Positions 51,967 through 63,400 of a DNA stretch of 64,000 nt are shown here, piece after piece. The notes beneath the pieces were generated by a model. That model searched no databases, was not told where the DNA came from, and saw only the letters and a program-made list of their open reading frames with translations. Position 1 is the stretch's first letter, and each line of letters begins with the position of its first letter. This DNA is from a virus. A program made the position numbers and the translations under genes. The stretch is from positions 64,001 to 128,000 of IMG/VR virus record IMGVR_UViG_3300036985_002246; one strand, given 5' to 3'.

Positions 51967-54155
51967 TGGCGAAGTCTTCACAGATGCCGGACGGCGGGTA
52001 CGACCCCCAGCTTGGCTCGAACTACATGATGGACGGGTTCGACTTCGACTCCGAGTACGGGGAAGGCGTGGACTCGGCTCGCAAGGACCCAAGCCCTGAG
52101 CTTCCTCGTTCGACTCGCGGCCTCGCAGCCCTTCCGGACGGCCTCATGGGCGTGGACCCAGGTGAGGAGTTCGACTTCTCGATCGTCGAGGGCGGGGACG
52201 AGCACGGTCTCGGGAACCTCGGGGAAATGTTCAAGGAGGCTGCGCCTCTCATGGACCTCAACTGGCTTGAGAGCGCCACGCAGGACCCTGAGCGGCTCCC
52301 TGAAGCCGTGAACCCGATCGAGCACAGCCTCAGCGACCTCTACCACCAGACGGAGTTCTCGGACGTTCCTGGGTCCGGCACACGCGCCGAACTGGAGCAG
52401 GCTTGGGGCGTGGACCGCCGCACCGACGGCCAGAACCTCGTCCCGAACGTGGAGTACCCACGCCCCGCCAAGCCCCTGACCTCGGCTCTCCCTGGAACGG
52501 ACCAGTGGCGTGCGGTCGTGGCCCACGCAATGCGGAAGTCGGCTTTCGGGGACGACCTCGACGGAGTCCTTCGTGAGGTCGTCGCGTTCCTCGGACCCGA
52601 CCTTTTGAGGGTTCAGGAGTCCCCTGAGTTCGCAAAGTTTGCCTCGGCCATTCGGTCGATCCGTGCTGAGCATGGCCTGGTCGGCAACGTGTACGTCCGT
52701 GACTCGGCCTTCCCTGGAATCCTCTCCGGGAAGTGGGACGCGGCGATCAAGCGTCGCTGTGCCTCGGCAGCGTACTTCCTGACGACGCCAGGCTCGAAGC
52801 TCGCGGCCTACGAGAACTACCTCGGCAAGAAGGTCGTGACCTCGGTCCCGTGGGGTGAGGCGCTCAACCACTACCGTCCAATCATTGAGGCGGGTGGCAA
52901 GCGGCTCGCTTCGGGGAGCCCTCAGCAGGTTCTTCAGGCGGCGTTCACCCAGCACGTCGCCAAGGTCCGGGCTGCAACGAACTTCCCGACCCACGAGGTT
53001 CCGACGGTCTCTGGTGTGGAGGCCCGCAAGGCGTTCGCAGAGGCACCAGCAACGACACGCGAGGTGGTCGCCCGGAACGAGCGGGTCAGCCTGGTGAAGC
53101 GGGCCGACGCTCGGCTGGAGCGGTGGGTGCGTGCAGGTCTGCTCACGGCGCTTCGGGTGAACCAGTTGCGGGCGCAGATCGGCGACCCGCACGACCTGCT
53201 TCGGACTGCGGCCCTGGAGATCTCCCCGGCGAAGCGTGCCGAGTACCTCGGGTCAGGCGTTGGTGCGAAGACCCGTGATTCGAGCACCAAGCGAGACGCA
53301 GCCTGGGCCTCGGGCAAGAACGCAGAGATCCAGAAGGCTTCGCTCGACCGGGCGAAGGTGACGATCGCCAAGCTCGTGAAGTCCGGCAGCCTCACCCCTG
53401 AGGAGGCTGGGCAACTGCTGACGAGTGGTCTGGAGCCGGAGATTCTGCTCCACAAGGCGACGGAGCTTGCCACCGCCCCCAAGGTCGCAATGCTCGCCAA
53501 GACCCCGGAGAAGTCCTACTCCGGCCCTGTCTACAAGACGGCCCTGACCTCGAAGCGCGCCCAGGACCTGACCCCCGTGCTCCCGCTGGAGGTCCGCAGG
53601 CTTCTTCGCTGGGCCTCGGTGCAAATGAGCGAGGGCATGGCGGGCAAGGACCTGGACTATATGCTGTCGGCCAGGTTCTCGGACGGCCTCCGCAAGCAGG
53701 CAGACGCACCTCTCACTCAGCTTCGCAAGAAGCACGAGGGGCTCGCGGGTCACCTGTACGTCGAGGCCAGCGCCTACGCGAGCCCGGCAGGGACAGACGG
53801 GTGCGAGAAGGGTGCGCTCATTCACCGGGCCAACCAGCTTCGCTCGGTCCTCGCCATGGACCGCTGCGCTACCTGCACCTCGAACGTCGGGAACCACTGC
53901 CAGAAGTACAGCAAGGCGATCGTGGACGCCGTTCCCGAGAAGCAGGCAGCCAAGTACCAGGCGGAAATGATCCGCCTCGCGAACTCGGACGACTCGGAGC
54001 GCACAGCCTCGCTCTTCGCCCCCTCCTTCGACGAGGGTGAGTACGAGCTTCAGAACGACAACCTCGACGACATTGAGTTCAGCAACGCCCCTCCGGTCGA
54101 AGACCTCGGTGGGATCCTCTTCGAGGGGCTGATTCTCGACACCGACGAGGAGTGA
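51963..54155 (+). CDS. hypothetical large head-region protein
   Basis: 730-aa ORF, acidic termini, Cys cluster near the C-terminus. Confidence 0.75.
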   Translation: MMAKSSQMPDGGYDPQLGSNYMMDGFDFDSEYGEGVDSARKDPSPELPRSTRGLAALPDGLMGVDPGEEFDFSIVEGGDEHGLGNLGEMFKEAAPLMDLNWLESATQDPERLPEAVNPIEHSLSDLYHQTEFSDVPGSGTRAELEQAWGVDRRTDGQNLVPNVEYPRPAKPLTSALPGTDQWRAVVAHAMRKSAFGDDLDGVLREVVAFLGPDLLRVQESPEFAKFASAIRSIRAEHGLVGNVYVRDSAFPGILSGKWDAAIKRRCASAAYFLTTPGSKLAAYENYLGKKVVTSVPWGEALNHYRPIIEAGGKRLASGSPQQVLQAAFTQHVAKVRAATNFPTHEVPTVSGVEARKAFAEAPATTREVVARNERVSLVKRADARLERWVRAGLLTALRVNQLRAQIGDPHDLLRTAALEISPAKRAEYLGSGVGAKTRDSSTKRDAAWASGKNAEIQKASLDRAKVTIAKLVKSGSLTPEEAGQLLTSGLEPEILLHKATELATAPKVAMLAKTPEKSYSGPVYKTALTSKRAQDLTPVLPLEVRRLLRWASVQMSEGMAGKDLDYMLSARFSDGLRKQADAPLTQLRKKHEGLAGHLYVEASAYASPAGTDGCEKGALIHRANQLRSVLAMDRCATCTSNVGNHCQKYSKAIVDAVPEKQAAKYQAEMIRLANSDDSERTASLFAPSFDEGEYELQNDNLDDIEFSNAPPVEDLGGILFEGLILDTDEE

Positions 54156-54159
54156 CCCC

Positions 54160-54786
54160 ATGAACCCCAGCACCCCCCGGAAGTTCAACATTCTCGTTGC
54201 CGCCCTCAAGACACCCTCTGACCCAAGCAGAGGGCCGAGCGGCAACCCGACCGTCTCCCGCACGGGGTTCACGCTTCAGCAGGTGGTTCTGCCGAACGGG
54301 ACGACCCGCATTGGCGGACCCACCGCCGTCATTCCGCCCCCGAGCGCCCTCGCCCACACGGCAGCAATTGTGTGCGGAAACGGGGAGTACTGGGACCCCA
54401 GTGTGACAGTGCCTGGGCCGTTCTACTACGAGGAGGAGGTCTCCCTCTTCGACCAGTACGTCACGGCCAGCGCAAACTTCGGCATCGGCATGGGCTCAGG
54501 CACCGGACCCGCCGCCGCGATTGCGACCTCGCTCGCCACCTCGCTCGGGTCTTACCCGGACATTGACGCCCTCGCTGTTGGCAGCACCGTCTACGTCACG
54601 TCCTTCCGCCCTGAAGCCACCCTCCCGATCAAGGCGACTGCCGACGAGTCCGCCACCTTCGGGGCTCCCCCCTTCCTGGTGTATGGTCCTGGTGGTGTTC
54701 TGCTGTCCGTTGGGCCAGAATACCGGCAGACGTTCTTCGTGACGAAGACCAACAAGACACAGACGCCTCCTGTCTCTCTCCCGTGA
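54160..54786 (+). CDS. hypothetical protein
   Basis: 208-aa ORF with GAGGAG upstream. Confidence 0.7.
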   Translation: MNPSTPRKFNILVAALKTPSDPSRGPSGNPTVSRTGFTLQQVVLPNGTTRIGGPTAVIPPPSALAHTAAIVCGNGEYWDPSVTVPGPFYYEEEVSLFDQYVTASANFGIGMGSGTGPAAAIATSLATSLGSYPDIDALAVGSTVYVTSFRPEATLPIKATADESATFGAPPFLVYGPGGVLLSVGPEYRQTFFVTKTNKTQTPPVSLP

Positions 54787-55544
54787 AGAGGTGGGGGCTG
54801 AACACGGCGGGGTTCAGAATGAGCAGCAGAGAGCTAGACGGTCTGGACGCTTCAAGCGGCACAGAGGTCGAGAACGACCCCGCAGTCGCCCGGATCATCA
54901 AAGGCTTCGTCGCCCCTGAGGGGGCGCTTCGAGTTCGAGTAGCAGACGAGAAGGGCAAGGTCTGCTGGCGCAGAATCGACGAGGTCCGTGCCACGGACGC
55001 GATCAATCTGACCACGCAGGGCCAGCCCCAGTGGATGTTCAACCCCGTGGGCCGCCCCCGTCAGAAGAACCTCGCGGAGGTTGCCCCTCCGGTCAACCAA
55101 CTCGTCGGGGACCTCCTGCTGATCAAGCAGGCCAACCTCCGGTCGGACCCGGTGATCCTCGCAGCAGAGGCCACACCTGAGTCGGCGGAGGTCCTCAATC
55201 AGGTGCTCCTTGCAATTGCGGAGGAGGCCGCCTCAATCCGGTTCGAGCGTCAGGAGGCCGAGCGCAACGGGGAGGAGACCTCCTCCCTCTCAATGCGCCG
55301 GGTCATGGCACTCAAGGCGATCGGCGACACCTGGATCAAGCGCAAGGAGCAGATCCAGCACGCCGCCGTGGACATGGACAGCGCCGCCTTCCAGGAACTC
55401 TTCAAGTTTATCAGCGAGACGTTCTCCCGCGCAATGACCGCAGCGGGCGTCCGCCAGGAACTGATCGACGCGGTCTTCTCGCAGTTCTCGAAAATGCTCG
55501 ACGACGAGTGGAAGCGCGAAGCCAACACCAGAATGACGGAGTGA
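54783..55544 (+). CDS. possible terminase small subunit
   Basis: helical protein directly upstream of the large subunit; call is positional only. Confidence 0.4.
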   Translation: MKRWGLNTAGFRMSSRELDGLDASSGTEVENDPAVARIIKGFVAPEGALRVRVADEKGKVCWRRIDEVRATDAINLTTQGQPQWMFNPVGRPRQKNLAEVAPPVNQLVGDLLLIKQANLRSDPVILAAEATPESAEVLNQVLLAIAEEAASIRFERQEAERNGEETSSLSMRRVMALKAIGDTWIKRKEQIQHAAVDMDSAAFQELFKFISETFSRAMTAAGVRQELIDAVFSQFSKMLDDEWKREANTRMTE

Positions 55545-55550
55545 TCCGTC

Positions 55551-57392
55551 GTGAGTCTGGGCAACCTAGCGATCTCGGGAGCACGAGCGGCTTCCCCTAG
55601 CTCGGCAAGTCGGGCCGTCGCCTCGATCACCGAGTTCATTGAGGAGCCCTGGGGGCTCCAAATGAAGCTCTTTCCGGTCCAGAAGGTGATCCTCAAGGCT
55701 CACTACGGGATCGAGCTAGACGACAAGACCCCGTTCCAGATCTCGGATTGGCGTCGGCAGAAGTTCATGTCGATGACCGAGAAGCAGTACCTGGAGTACC
55801 TCTTCAACGAGGGCCGGGCGAATATCAAGGAGGTCGTCCCCGGAGAGGACCGACGGGAAATGATCCTGTCGATCGGACGCCGAAGCGGCAAGACCACCCT
55901 GTCTGCCTGTGTCTCAGCCTACGAGACGTACAAGCTGATCAGCAAGGGCGACCCGCAGGGGTATTACGGCCTCCCGGCCTCGAACATGATCCAGTTGATC
56001 TCTGTCGCCACGGACAAGGACCAGGCTGGACTGCTCTACCAGGAGGTCTCCGGGCACTACAGAGGGTGCCCCTTCTTTGCCCCCTACATGGCGAACAACA
56101 CCATGTCCTATGCGCGCTTCCAGACGCCGAAGGACGTGGAAAAGTACGGGCAGTTCTCCGAGAACCCAGACGCGAAGGCGACGATCAAGGTCACGTTCCG
56201 GTCCTGTATCGCCAAGGGCTTGCGCGGTGCCGGTAACGTCGTCGTCATTCTCGACGAGGTCGCCCACTTCACCGACGCTGGGCAGTCGTCGGCGGACGCC
56301 GTGTACAACGCCGTCGTCCCGTCTACCTCAGCCTTCTCGCCGAAGGACCCCAAGGACGTTCGGATCCCCACCGGGCCGGTCGAGGCCCGCGTCATTCTGA
56401 TCTCGTCCCCGTTGGGGCGGCAGGGGCTGTTCTACAAGTTGTTCCAAATGGGCATGGGCGGAGGCAGCGTCTCCGCCAACATGCTGTGCATTCAAGCGCC
56501 CTCCTGGGAGGTGAACCCGACGATCCCCGCCTCGGAGTTCGAGAAGCACTACCTGAAGGACCCAGGCGTCTTCTTCACGGAGTACGGCGGCGAGTTCACC
56601 GACCGCACGAGGGGTTGGATTGAGCGCGAGGAGGACGTTGTCGCCTGTATCGACAAGAACCTCCGCCCTCTGATCCGTGGTATCCCACGCCGCCCCCACT
56701 TCCTCGGATTGGACTTGGGCCTCGTCGGCGACGGCACAGCTATCGCCATTGGCCACATTGACGAGACCGGGAAGATCCAAGCCGACCTGATCGACCAGGT
56801 CAAGGCGGGCGAGGGCAAGTACGTGGACAAGGAGCGTCTCGACTTCGACGACGTGGCCAACTGGATCAAGGAACTGAGCGAGCGGTTCTACATTGCGGAG
56901 GGCATTTTCGACCAGTGGGCAGGCATTCCCCTGGAGCAGGCGCTCGTGAAGCGTGGGCTCCAGCAAATGAAGGCCGTGCAAATGACGAAGGTGCTGACCT
57001 CGCAAATGTTCCAGAATTTCAAGGACATGCTCTGGGACAAGAAGCTCCTGCTCTACGACTTCCCCGTGGCCCCGCACGAGAGCCACTGCGGCTATATCAA
57101 GGAGCTTCTGGAGCTTCAGGCCCGCTACCACTCGAAGTACATAACCACCGTCGAGGCCCCCAATGTCGAGGGGAAGCACGACGACTTGTCCGACGCCCTG
57201 ATCCGAATGGTCTGGGTCGCCTCCAACCGACTCAGCAAGCAGCCACATATCGCCCGGTCAGGAATGTCCCTGAGCGGACAGGGCGGCCCGTTTGGTTCGC
57301 CTATGGGGACCGCTCGTAGAAGGCTCCACCAGAGTGGAAGCCACGAGTCGAGAATGGTCCCCAGGGGTCCGTCGAGAAGGCCAACACGGTGA
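55551..57392 (+). CDS. terL: terminase large subunit
   Basis: GRRSGKT Walker A, VILDE Walker B, ISSP, LGLDLG, IFDQW, HDDLSDA. Confidence 0.9.
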   Translation: MSLGNLAISGARAASPSSASRAVASITEFIEEPWGLQMKLFPVQKVILKAHYGIELDDKTPFQISDWRRQKFMSMTEKQYLEYLFNEGRANIKEVVPGEDRREMILSIGRRSGKTTLSACVSAYETYKLISKGDPQGYYGLPASNMIQLISVATDKDQAGLLYQEVSGHYRGCPFFAPYMANNTMSYARFQTPKDVEKYGQFSENPDAKATIKVTFRSCIAKGLRGAGNVVVILDEVAHFTDAGQSSADAVYNAVVPSTSAFSPKDPKDVRIPTGPVEARVILISSPLGRQGLFYKLFQMGMGGGSVSANMLCIQAPSWEVNPTIPASEFEKHYLKDPGVFFTEYGGEFTDRTRGWIEREEDVVACIDKNLRPLIRGIPRRPHFLGLDLGLVGDGTAIAIGHIDETGKIQADLIDQVKAGEGKYVDKERLDFDDVANWIKELSERFYIAEGIFDQWAGIPLEQALVKRGLQQMKAVQMTKVLTSQMFQNFKDMLWDKKLLLYDFPVAPHESHCGYIKELLELQARYHSKYITTVEAPNVEGKHDDLSDALIRMVWVASNRLSKQPHIARSGMSLSGQGGPFGSPMGTARRRLHQSGSHESRMVPRGPSRRPTR

Positions 57393-57652
57393 GTACACGA
57401 AACGCCAAGAGCGACCCGCTCAAGCCTTCGAGGGCAGACTACCGGATCCTGAAGAAGATCCTGGAGTCCTCCTCGATTGAGGTGGTCCACGTCCCCGCCG
57501 AGTACGACCTGGTTCTCGCTGTCTTCGAGAAGGCAGGCGGGAACTGGGAGCGCCTCTTCGACGGCTCCGCGAACGACCTCCACCTCCTCAAGAGGGTCGC
57601 GAAGCTCGCCTACAAGCACGAGTACCTGACCCATGCCCCTGCGTGGGATTGA
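57389..57652 (+). CDS. hypothetical protein
   Basis: 87-aa ORF coupled to terL. Confidence 0.65.
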   Translation: MSTRNAKSDPLKPSRADYRILKKILESSSIEVVHVPAEYDLVLAVFEKAGGNWERLFDGSANDLHLLKRVAKLAYKHEYLTHAPAWD

Positions 57653-57674
57653 ACTGCGGTAAGGTTCAGAGCAC

Positions 57675-57980
57675 ATGAGCCGCCTACGCGCCCAGCTATC
57701 CAGGTCCGAGATCGATCGGAAGGTGGCCACCGCCCTGTCAGGGGTGGAGCGCACGGTTCTGTCAACGCTCCAGGAGTGCCACCAGTACGCACGTTCAGTG
57801 GGGAACCCGTTGGAGGCTGCTCGAACCAAGCGTGTGGTCCGTGACCTGGAGAAGGTGCTGGGGGCGCTTTCCGGAGTGCGTCGTGTCAGTCCTGTCTACG
57901 ACGCCGACGACAAGGACCTTCAGTCGTCCGAGCCCACTCCGAAGCCGAAGCGCCCGGCCCCTCCCCCTCCCACGGCATGA
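57675..57980 (+). CDS. hypothetical protein
   Basis: 101-aa ORF. Confidence 0.6.
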   Translation: MSRLRAQLSRSEIDRKVATALSGVERTVLSTLQECHQYARSVGNPLEAARTKRVVRDLEKVLGALSGVRRVSPVYDADDKDLQSSEPTPKPKRPAPPPPTA

Positions 57981-57991
57981 AGTGAGCTTCC

Positions 57992-59695
57992 ATGAGAACC
58001 AACAAGCAGACACAGGACGCTGACGCCAAGGAGGTCAGGAAGATCTCCAAGCGGGCGAACGTCGAGACCGGTCGGCCTCGCCGTGTCGTTCTGAGTGCCA
58101 TGCGCTCGAAGGTCGCCTTCCCCTCGACAGGCGGAACGTCGTCGGCGACGGCGGGCAACTTCTACTCCCCGGAACTCTCCACCGATTTCCTCGAACTGCC
58201 CCAGTCGGCGGACGAGAAGCGGAACTACTACCGGTTCTTCTACGCGGCGGACCCCTTCGTCGGGCAGGCCGTGGACCTTCACACGGAGCTTCCGCTCTCG
58301 AAGATCCGGCTCAGCCAGCCGAAGGCGAAGAACAAGGACATTGCCGACGCTTCCCTCGCCTTCTGTACCGCATGGGCCAAGCGGATCGGTCTGCTGCACC
58401 GAATGATTGAGATCGTCCACGACTACAACCTCCTGGGGGAGGTGTTCGTGTTCTGCGAGGACGACTCCCCGGATATGCCCGAGGACGTTGAGTACGAACT
58501 CGTCCGGGAGATCGACGAGGAGAGCGGCCACCCCGTCGAGAACAAGAAGCAGCGGGCCGACTGGGCTGAGCGAGCCTCGAAGTGGCTCCTGAAGAACTAC
58601 AAGGGCTGGTCGGCGATCCGGGTCCTGCCCCCCGAGCAGATCCACATGGAGGGCTTCCCCTTCACGGACCAGAAGCTGATCGAACTGATCCCCGACAGCA
58701 AGACGAAGGACGTGATCTCCCGCGCCGACTCGGGCGACCCACACGCTCTGCGCGTCGTTCGGTCCATGCCCAACGAGGTCGTCGAGTCGATCCGCAACGG
58801 TGGGAATATCCCACTGAACACCGACCCGGACGCAGGCTCGTTCGTCTACTACATGGCTCGCAAGAAGAGCCAGTACGAGCCGCGTGGCCACTCAATCCTG
58901 GAGCGGTGCCTCCGCATTCTCGTCTACCGCGACAAGCTCCGCCAGGCGCAGACGAGCATTGCCTCCCGCCACATGACGCCGATCCGGCTGATCTGGGCAG
59001 AGGACGCTAGCGCCGCCGACGTGGACGCGATCCGCGAGCAGGTCGAACTGGCTCTCCAGGACCCCGACTACTCGATCGTCACGAACTTCCAGTTGAACTG
59101 GGAGGAAATGGGCAGCCAGCAGCGGCTCCTCGAACTGTCCGGGGAGTACGAAATGACCGACCGGCAGTTGTACGCCGGTCTGGGGGTCACCGAGTCACTC
59201 CTCTCGGGCGAGTCAAGCTACTCGGGCGACCGGATCAACCTGGAGGTGATCAACACCAGGTATATGCTCCTGCGGGAGATCCTCCAGGACATGATTGAGG
59301 ACAACTTCCTCCGGCCAATGTGCCGTCGAATGGGCTTCGTCGAGGTGGACGAGGCGGGCAACGAGACGGTGATCGTGCCTGCCCTTTCGTTCACCAGGCT
59401 GGCCCTCCGGGACAACGCCGACACGTTCGACGCGCTCTTCAATCTGTATCAGAAGGGCTCCCTCGACGTGGACATTATCCTGGAGCTTCTGAACATTGAC
59501 CCCCACACCACGAGCGAGAAGCTCAAGCGCGATATGTTCACGGTGAACGACTCGAAGTTCAACGACGTGCTCGGGGCGATCTACTCGGAGGCCGGGCGTG
59601 TCCTCGCTGAGAACAGCGACGTGATCACGAAGATCGCCCAGAACGTCGGGCTGAAGTACGTCAAGCCAGTCGAGAAGGAAGAGGGGAGGTTCTGA
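57992..59695 (+). CDS. probable portal protein
   Basis: 567 aa after terL; DPFVGQAVDLHTELPLS, RGHSILERC, LGVTESLLSG portal-like pattern. Confidence 0.7.
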   Translation: MRTNKQTQDADAKEVRKISKRANVETGRPRRVVLSAMRSKVAFPSTGGTSSATAGNFYSPELSTDFLELPQSADEKRNYYRFFYAADPFVGQAVDLHTELPLSKIRLSQPKAKNKDIADASLAFCTAWAKRIGLLHRMIEIVHDYNLLGEVFVFCEDDSPDMPEDVEYELVREIDEESGHPVENKKQRADWAERASKWLLKNYKGWSAIRVLPPEQIHMEGFPFTDQKLIELIPDSKTKDVISRADSGDPHALRVVRSMPNEVVESIRNGGNIPLNTDPDAGSFVYYMARKKSQYEPRGHSILERCLRILVYRDKLRQAQTSIASRHMTPIRLIWAEDASAADVDAIREQVELALQDPDYSIVTNFQLNWEEMGSQQRLLELSGEYEMTDRQLYAGLGVTESLLSGESSYSGDRINLEVINTRYMLLREILQDMIEDNFLRPMCRRMGFVEVDEAGNETVIVPALSFTRLALRDNADTFDALFNLYQKGSLDVDIILELLNIDPHTTSEKLKRDMFTVNDSKFNDVLGAIYSEAGRVLAENSDVITKIAQNVGLKYVKPVEKEEGRF

Positions 59696-59995
59696 ATGAA
59701 GCTCAAGATCACCCGCCCGGACGGGACAGTCCTCGAAGCTGAGGGCACCGTCGAGGAGTGCGAGCGCCTTGCGGGTGCGGGGCACCCGCTCCCGGTCCAG
59801 TACCCAATCTACGTCCATCTCCCCTACCAGCCGGTGACCGTCCCCGTCTACCCGACGTACCCGGTCCAGCCGTACCCGTACCCGTACTACGTCGGGGACC
59901 CGATCGGTGTGACACCGACATGGGGAGTGCTCCAAGGGGCGACGGTTGACGGGGTCACCTTCACGTACACAGAGCCTGCCCCGCTTCGGGCGTGA
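59696..59995 (+). CDS. small Pro/Tyr-rich protein
   Basis: 99-aa ORF abutting the portal stop codon. Confidence 0.6.
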   Translation: MKLKITRPDGTVLEAEGTVEECERLAGAGHPLPVQYPIYVHLPYQPVTVPVYPTYPVQPYPYPYYVGDPIGVTPTWGVLQGATVDGVTFTYTEPAPLRA

Positions 59996-60047
59996 CACGG
60001 GGCGTCGCGGTTCGCTTTCTATGGCGTGCCCAGGCTAGGAAGCTCCC

Positions 60048-60497
60048 GTGACACCTCGCAGGTCAGTTCTCGCGTCGGACCTACTTCCGATCATGCACCC
60101 CCTCTACAACCTGAGGGAGATCTGCAAGCAATCCGCTCTGCTGGAGGACCACCTCAACAACGAGCGGAAGCGGTGCGAGGACTGCATTCGGAAGCACTTC
60201 CTGACGATCGAGGCCCTCTACGAGGAGGCCCTCTCGCTCGATAACAAGCAGAAGTGGTCCAACCAGATCGTGGGCAAGGCTGACCTCGTTCGGTCGCTCC
60301 AGGAGCGGTGGATTGACGAGGGTGATCCCCTGGAGATCGCGCAGGAACTGCGTGAGATCCGCAAGGAGTTCGCCCCGCTCTGCTTCGACCTTCGCGGAAT
60401 GACCGAGGAGTCACGGCTCGCCTCAGGCAGGGTCTCTCTTGCCAGGCACGTCGCGGACGTACACCTCGCACGTCGTCCGAGGCACACGGGGTCCTGA
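60048..60497 (+). CDS. conserved-looking helical protein with CxxC..H
   Basis: LLPIMHPLYNLREICKQSALLEDHL..RCEDCIRKHFLTIE. Confidence 0.7.
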   Translation: MTPRRSVLASDLLPIMHPLYNLREICKQSALLEDHLNNERKRCEDCIRKHFLTIEALYEEALSLDNKQKWSNQIVGKADLVRSLQERWIDEGDPLEIAQELREIRKEFAPLCFDLRGMTEESRLASGRVSLARHVADVHLARRPRHTGS

Positions 60498-60498
60498 C

Positions 60499-63400
60499 GT
60501 GAGTCCGATCAAGCTGCACGTCTTCGATTTCGACGGCACCCTGTTCCGCAGCCCGGAGAAGCCGGTCTGGTGGAAGGGCGGCTGGTGGGGGAACCTGGAC
60601 TCCCTCTCGGACCCGTGCGTGCCGGAGCGCCCGCCCCCTGAGTGGTGGAACGAGTCTGTCGTCTCGGCGGCCAAGCAGGCGATCAGCAACCCAGACGTGC
60701 TGGCGGTCCTGCTCACGGGCAGGGTCTCGAAGTTCTCCCTCCGCCTCAAGGACCTCCTGAACCAGGCCGGTCTGCACTTCGACTCCGTTCAGTTGAACGG
60801 TGGCGGACCGACGGAAGCCTTCAAAATGAAGGCGATCAAGGCGATCCTCGAAGAGCACCCAGGGATCCGTGGGGTCGCGATCTGGGAGGACCGGGAGAAC
60901 CACCTCCGAATGCTCGCAGACTGGATCGAGTCCAACGGGCGGGCCTGCACACCGCACCTGGTCACCGTCTCTGCCCATGCGGCAGAGTGCCGCCCCCCGG
61001 AGGACGAGCCTTCAGCCACGAAGGTGGCTGCCAAGTACAAGTCCAAGAAGAAGGACGACGAGGGGAACGTCCACTACGAGTACAGCGAGCGCCAGGTCGC
61101 TAACCGCCACAATCAGAAGGCTGAGCGGGTCGAGAACCTCCGTGGGGACATTTCCAATCTCCGCGAGAAGGTCACCAACGACCTGTCGGCGAAGGACCCC
61201 AAGAAGTACCTCCCTGCGCTCGCGGTTGCCCTGATCGACGAGACGTATGAGCGGGTTGGGAACGCTGAGAGCGCCGCCGACGGTCACTACGGGGTGACCG
61301 GCTGGTTGGTGAAGCACCTGTCCTTCGAGGACGGGGAGGCGGTCTTCCGGTACGTCGGGAAGTCCGGGGTCAAGCACGAGAAGGTCGTGTCAAAGGCCCC
61401 GGTCGTGAAGCTCCTCAAGAAGCTCGTCAAGGGCAAGGGGAAGGGCGACCAGGTACTCGAACTGGACGACTTCTCGGTCAAGTCAGAGGACGTGAACGCC
61501 TACCTGAAGGACTTCAAGATCACCGCGAAGGACATTCGCGGGTACGGGGCGAACCAGGAAATGTGCAAGGCGTTGCGGGAGGTCCGCCGGGAGGGTCCAG
61601 ACCTCCCACGCGCCCGGAAGGAACGCGACAAGATCCTCAAGGAGGAGTTCAAGGACGCGCTGGAGGAGGTCGCGGAGATCGTGGGCCATGAGCCTGCCAC
61701 CCTTCGGTCGGACTACCTCGTGCCGGGCCTCGAAGACTCGTTCATGAAGGACGGGACGATCCTCGCCACGTTCAAGTCGTCCAAGGCGGCCACGAAGACC
61801 ACCTCCGAGAAGGAGGACGAGGCCGTGGACGCCCTGATCAAGCCGAGCCCCAAGCTGAAGCCGCCCCGCGACGACCTCAAGAAGCGCCGGATCGACCTGG
61901 GTGACGACGACCTGGACAGCGGGGACGACGACCTCTCGCTCAACTTCAAGGACGGGGCGGCTCGGGTCGCAATGGCCCTCCGGGTCGCTCAGGCGTTCCT
62001 GAAGGTCGCGATCGTCTTCTCCACCGAGGAAGCCAAGAAGAAGTACCTCGAAGAGCACCCTGACGCGGACGCCGACAGCCACACCGTGGAGGAGTCCGAG
62101 AAAGGCTCCCCAGCAGAGGGTGAGGGGAAGCCCAAGGAGAAGTCCAAGAAGGACGACTCGGCGGAGGCGAGGGATCTCGCGTCGGAGGAACTGGACGAGA
62201 AGGCCAAGAGCCTGGTGTCAGCCCCTTCGCTTGACAGGGGCACCGCTGCCCACGTTGACGGGGTGCTGAACTCGCTGCTCAGGTCAATGCCGGAGGGTCA
62301 CGCCAAGGAGTTCCTCGACGGGATCACCAAGGCGCGGGACTCCGACCGGGACGCCCTGGCGGCTGGCAGGCCGCCGAAGCGGACGCCCCCCGACAAGGCG
62401 AAGATTGACGACAGCAAGAAGAAGCTCGACGACCTGAACTCCAAGGTCAGTGGGCTCCAGAGGGAACTGGATTCCGGCAAGGGGAACGCCGCCGAGATCC
62501 AGGCTCACGTCAAAAAGCTCACTGAACTCCGGGACAAGGTTGGGGTGGAGCTTCAGGAGGACTTCAAGTCCTACTACGCGCACGAGGCGCTGAAGTCAGC
62601 AGCGCGGAACCCGCTGACCTTCATTGACTCCGACCCCAAGCCGCTCGGGAAGGGCGGGGCGAAGGACCGTGTCAAGGCCAGCCTGGAGCGGTTCAAGGGC
62701 ATGACGGCGGAGGACCGGGCAGCGACTGGGGCCGCCTTCAAGAAGACCGTGACCGAGGCCCAGAAGGAGCGCGCCAGCCTGGAGGAGAAGCTCTCCTCAG
62801 GGGACTCCTCTGACCCCAATCGTGCAGAGGACCAGAAGAAGCTGGAGTCGCTCAAGAGCCAGATCGAGCACCTCGACGCCGATTGGCGGTCCCTGGAGAT
62901 CTCCGCGCTCGTCAGCGGCGACAAGAACGCGGCCTCCCGGATTGGGAAGGGCACCCAGGCGCTCGTGAAGGCTCTTCACGAGAGCGGCCAGGACGTGGAG
63001 GACATTGTCGATTCCGGTATCGGGCTCCTAGGGTCTGACCCTGACCCGAAGGCGCTGGAAGACATGATGATGCGCCTCAAGCCCGAGCACATGGAGTCTG
63101 CCCTGCGGGAGATTGATCCCAAAATGGCGGACACCTGGAAGAAGCTCGTCGAGTCCGGGGAGCGCGGGAAGATTGAGAACGCCCAGTCGATCTTCGCGGC
63201 CCTGCTCACCGACGTGGCCCTCGAAGACGCTGACCCGGACCTGGCCGGTCGTGCCGTAGGGGAGCAGACCAAGAGCAAGACCAAGAGTGAGCCGAGCGAC
63301 CTCTCGGGTCCGGAGGACGAGGAGGAGGAGACGCCCCCCTATGAGTCCCCGCTCCAGGACGCGGTTGGGGATTTGGTCAAGCTCGACATTCCCGTCCCAG

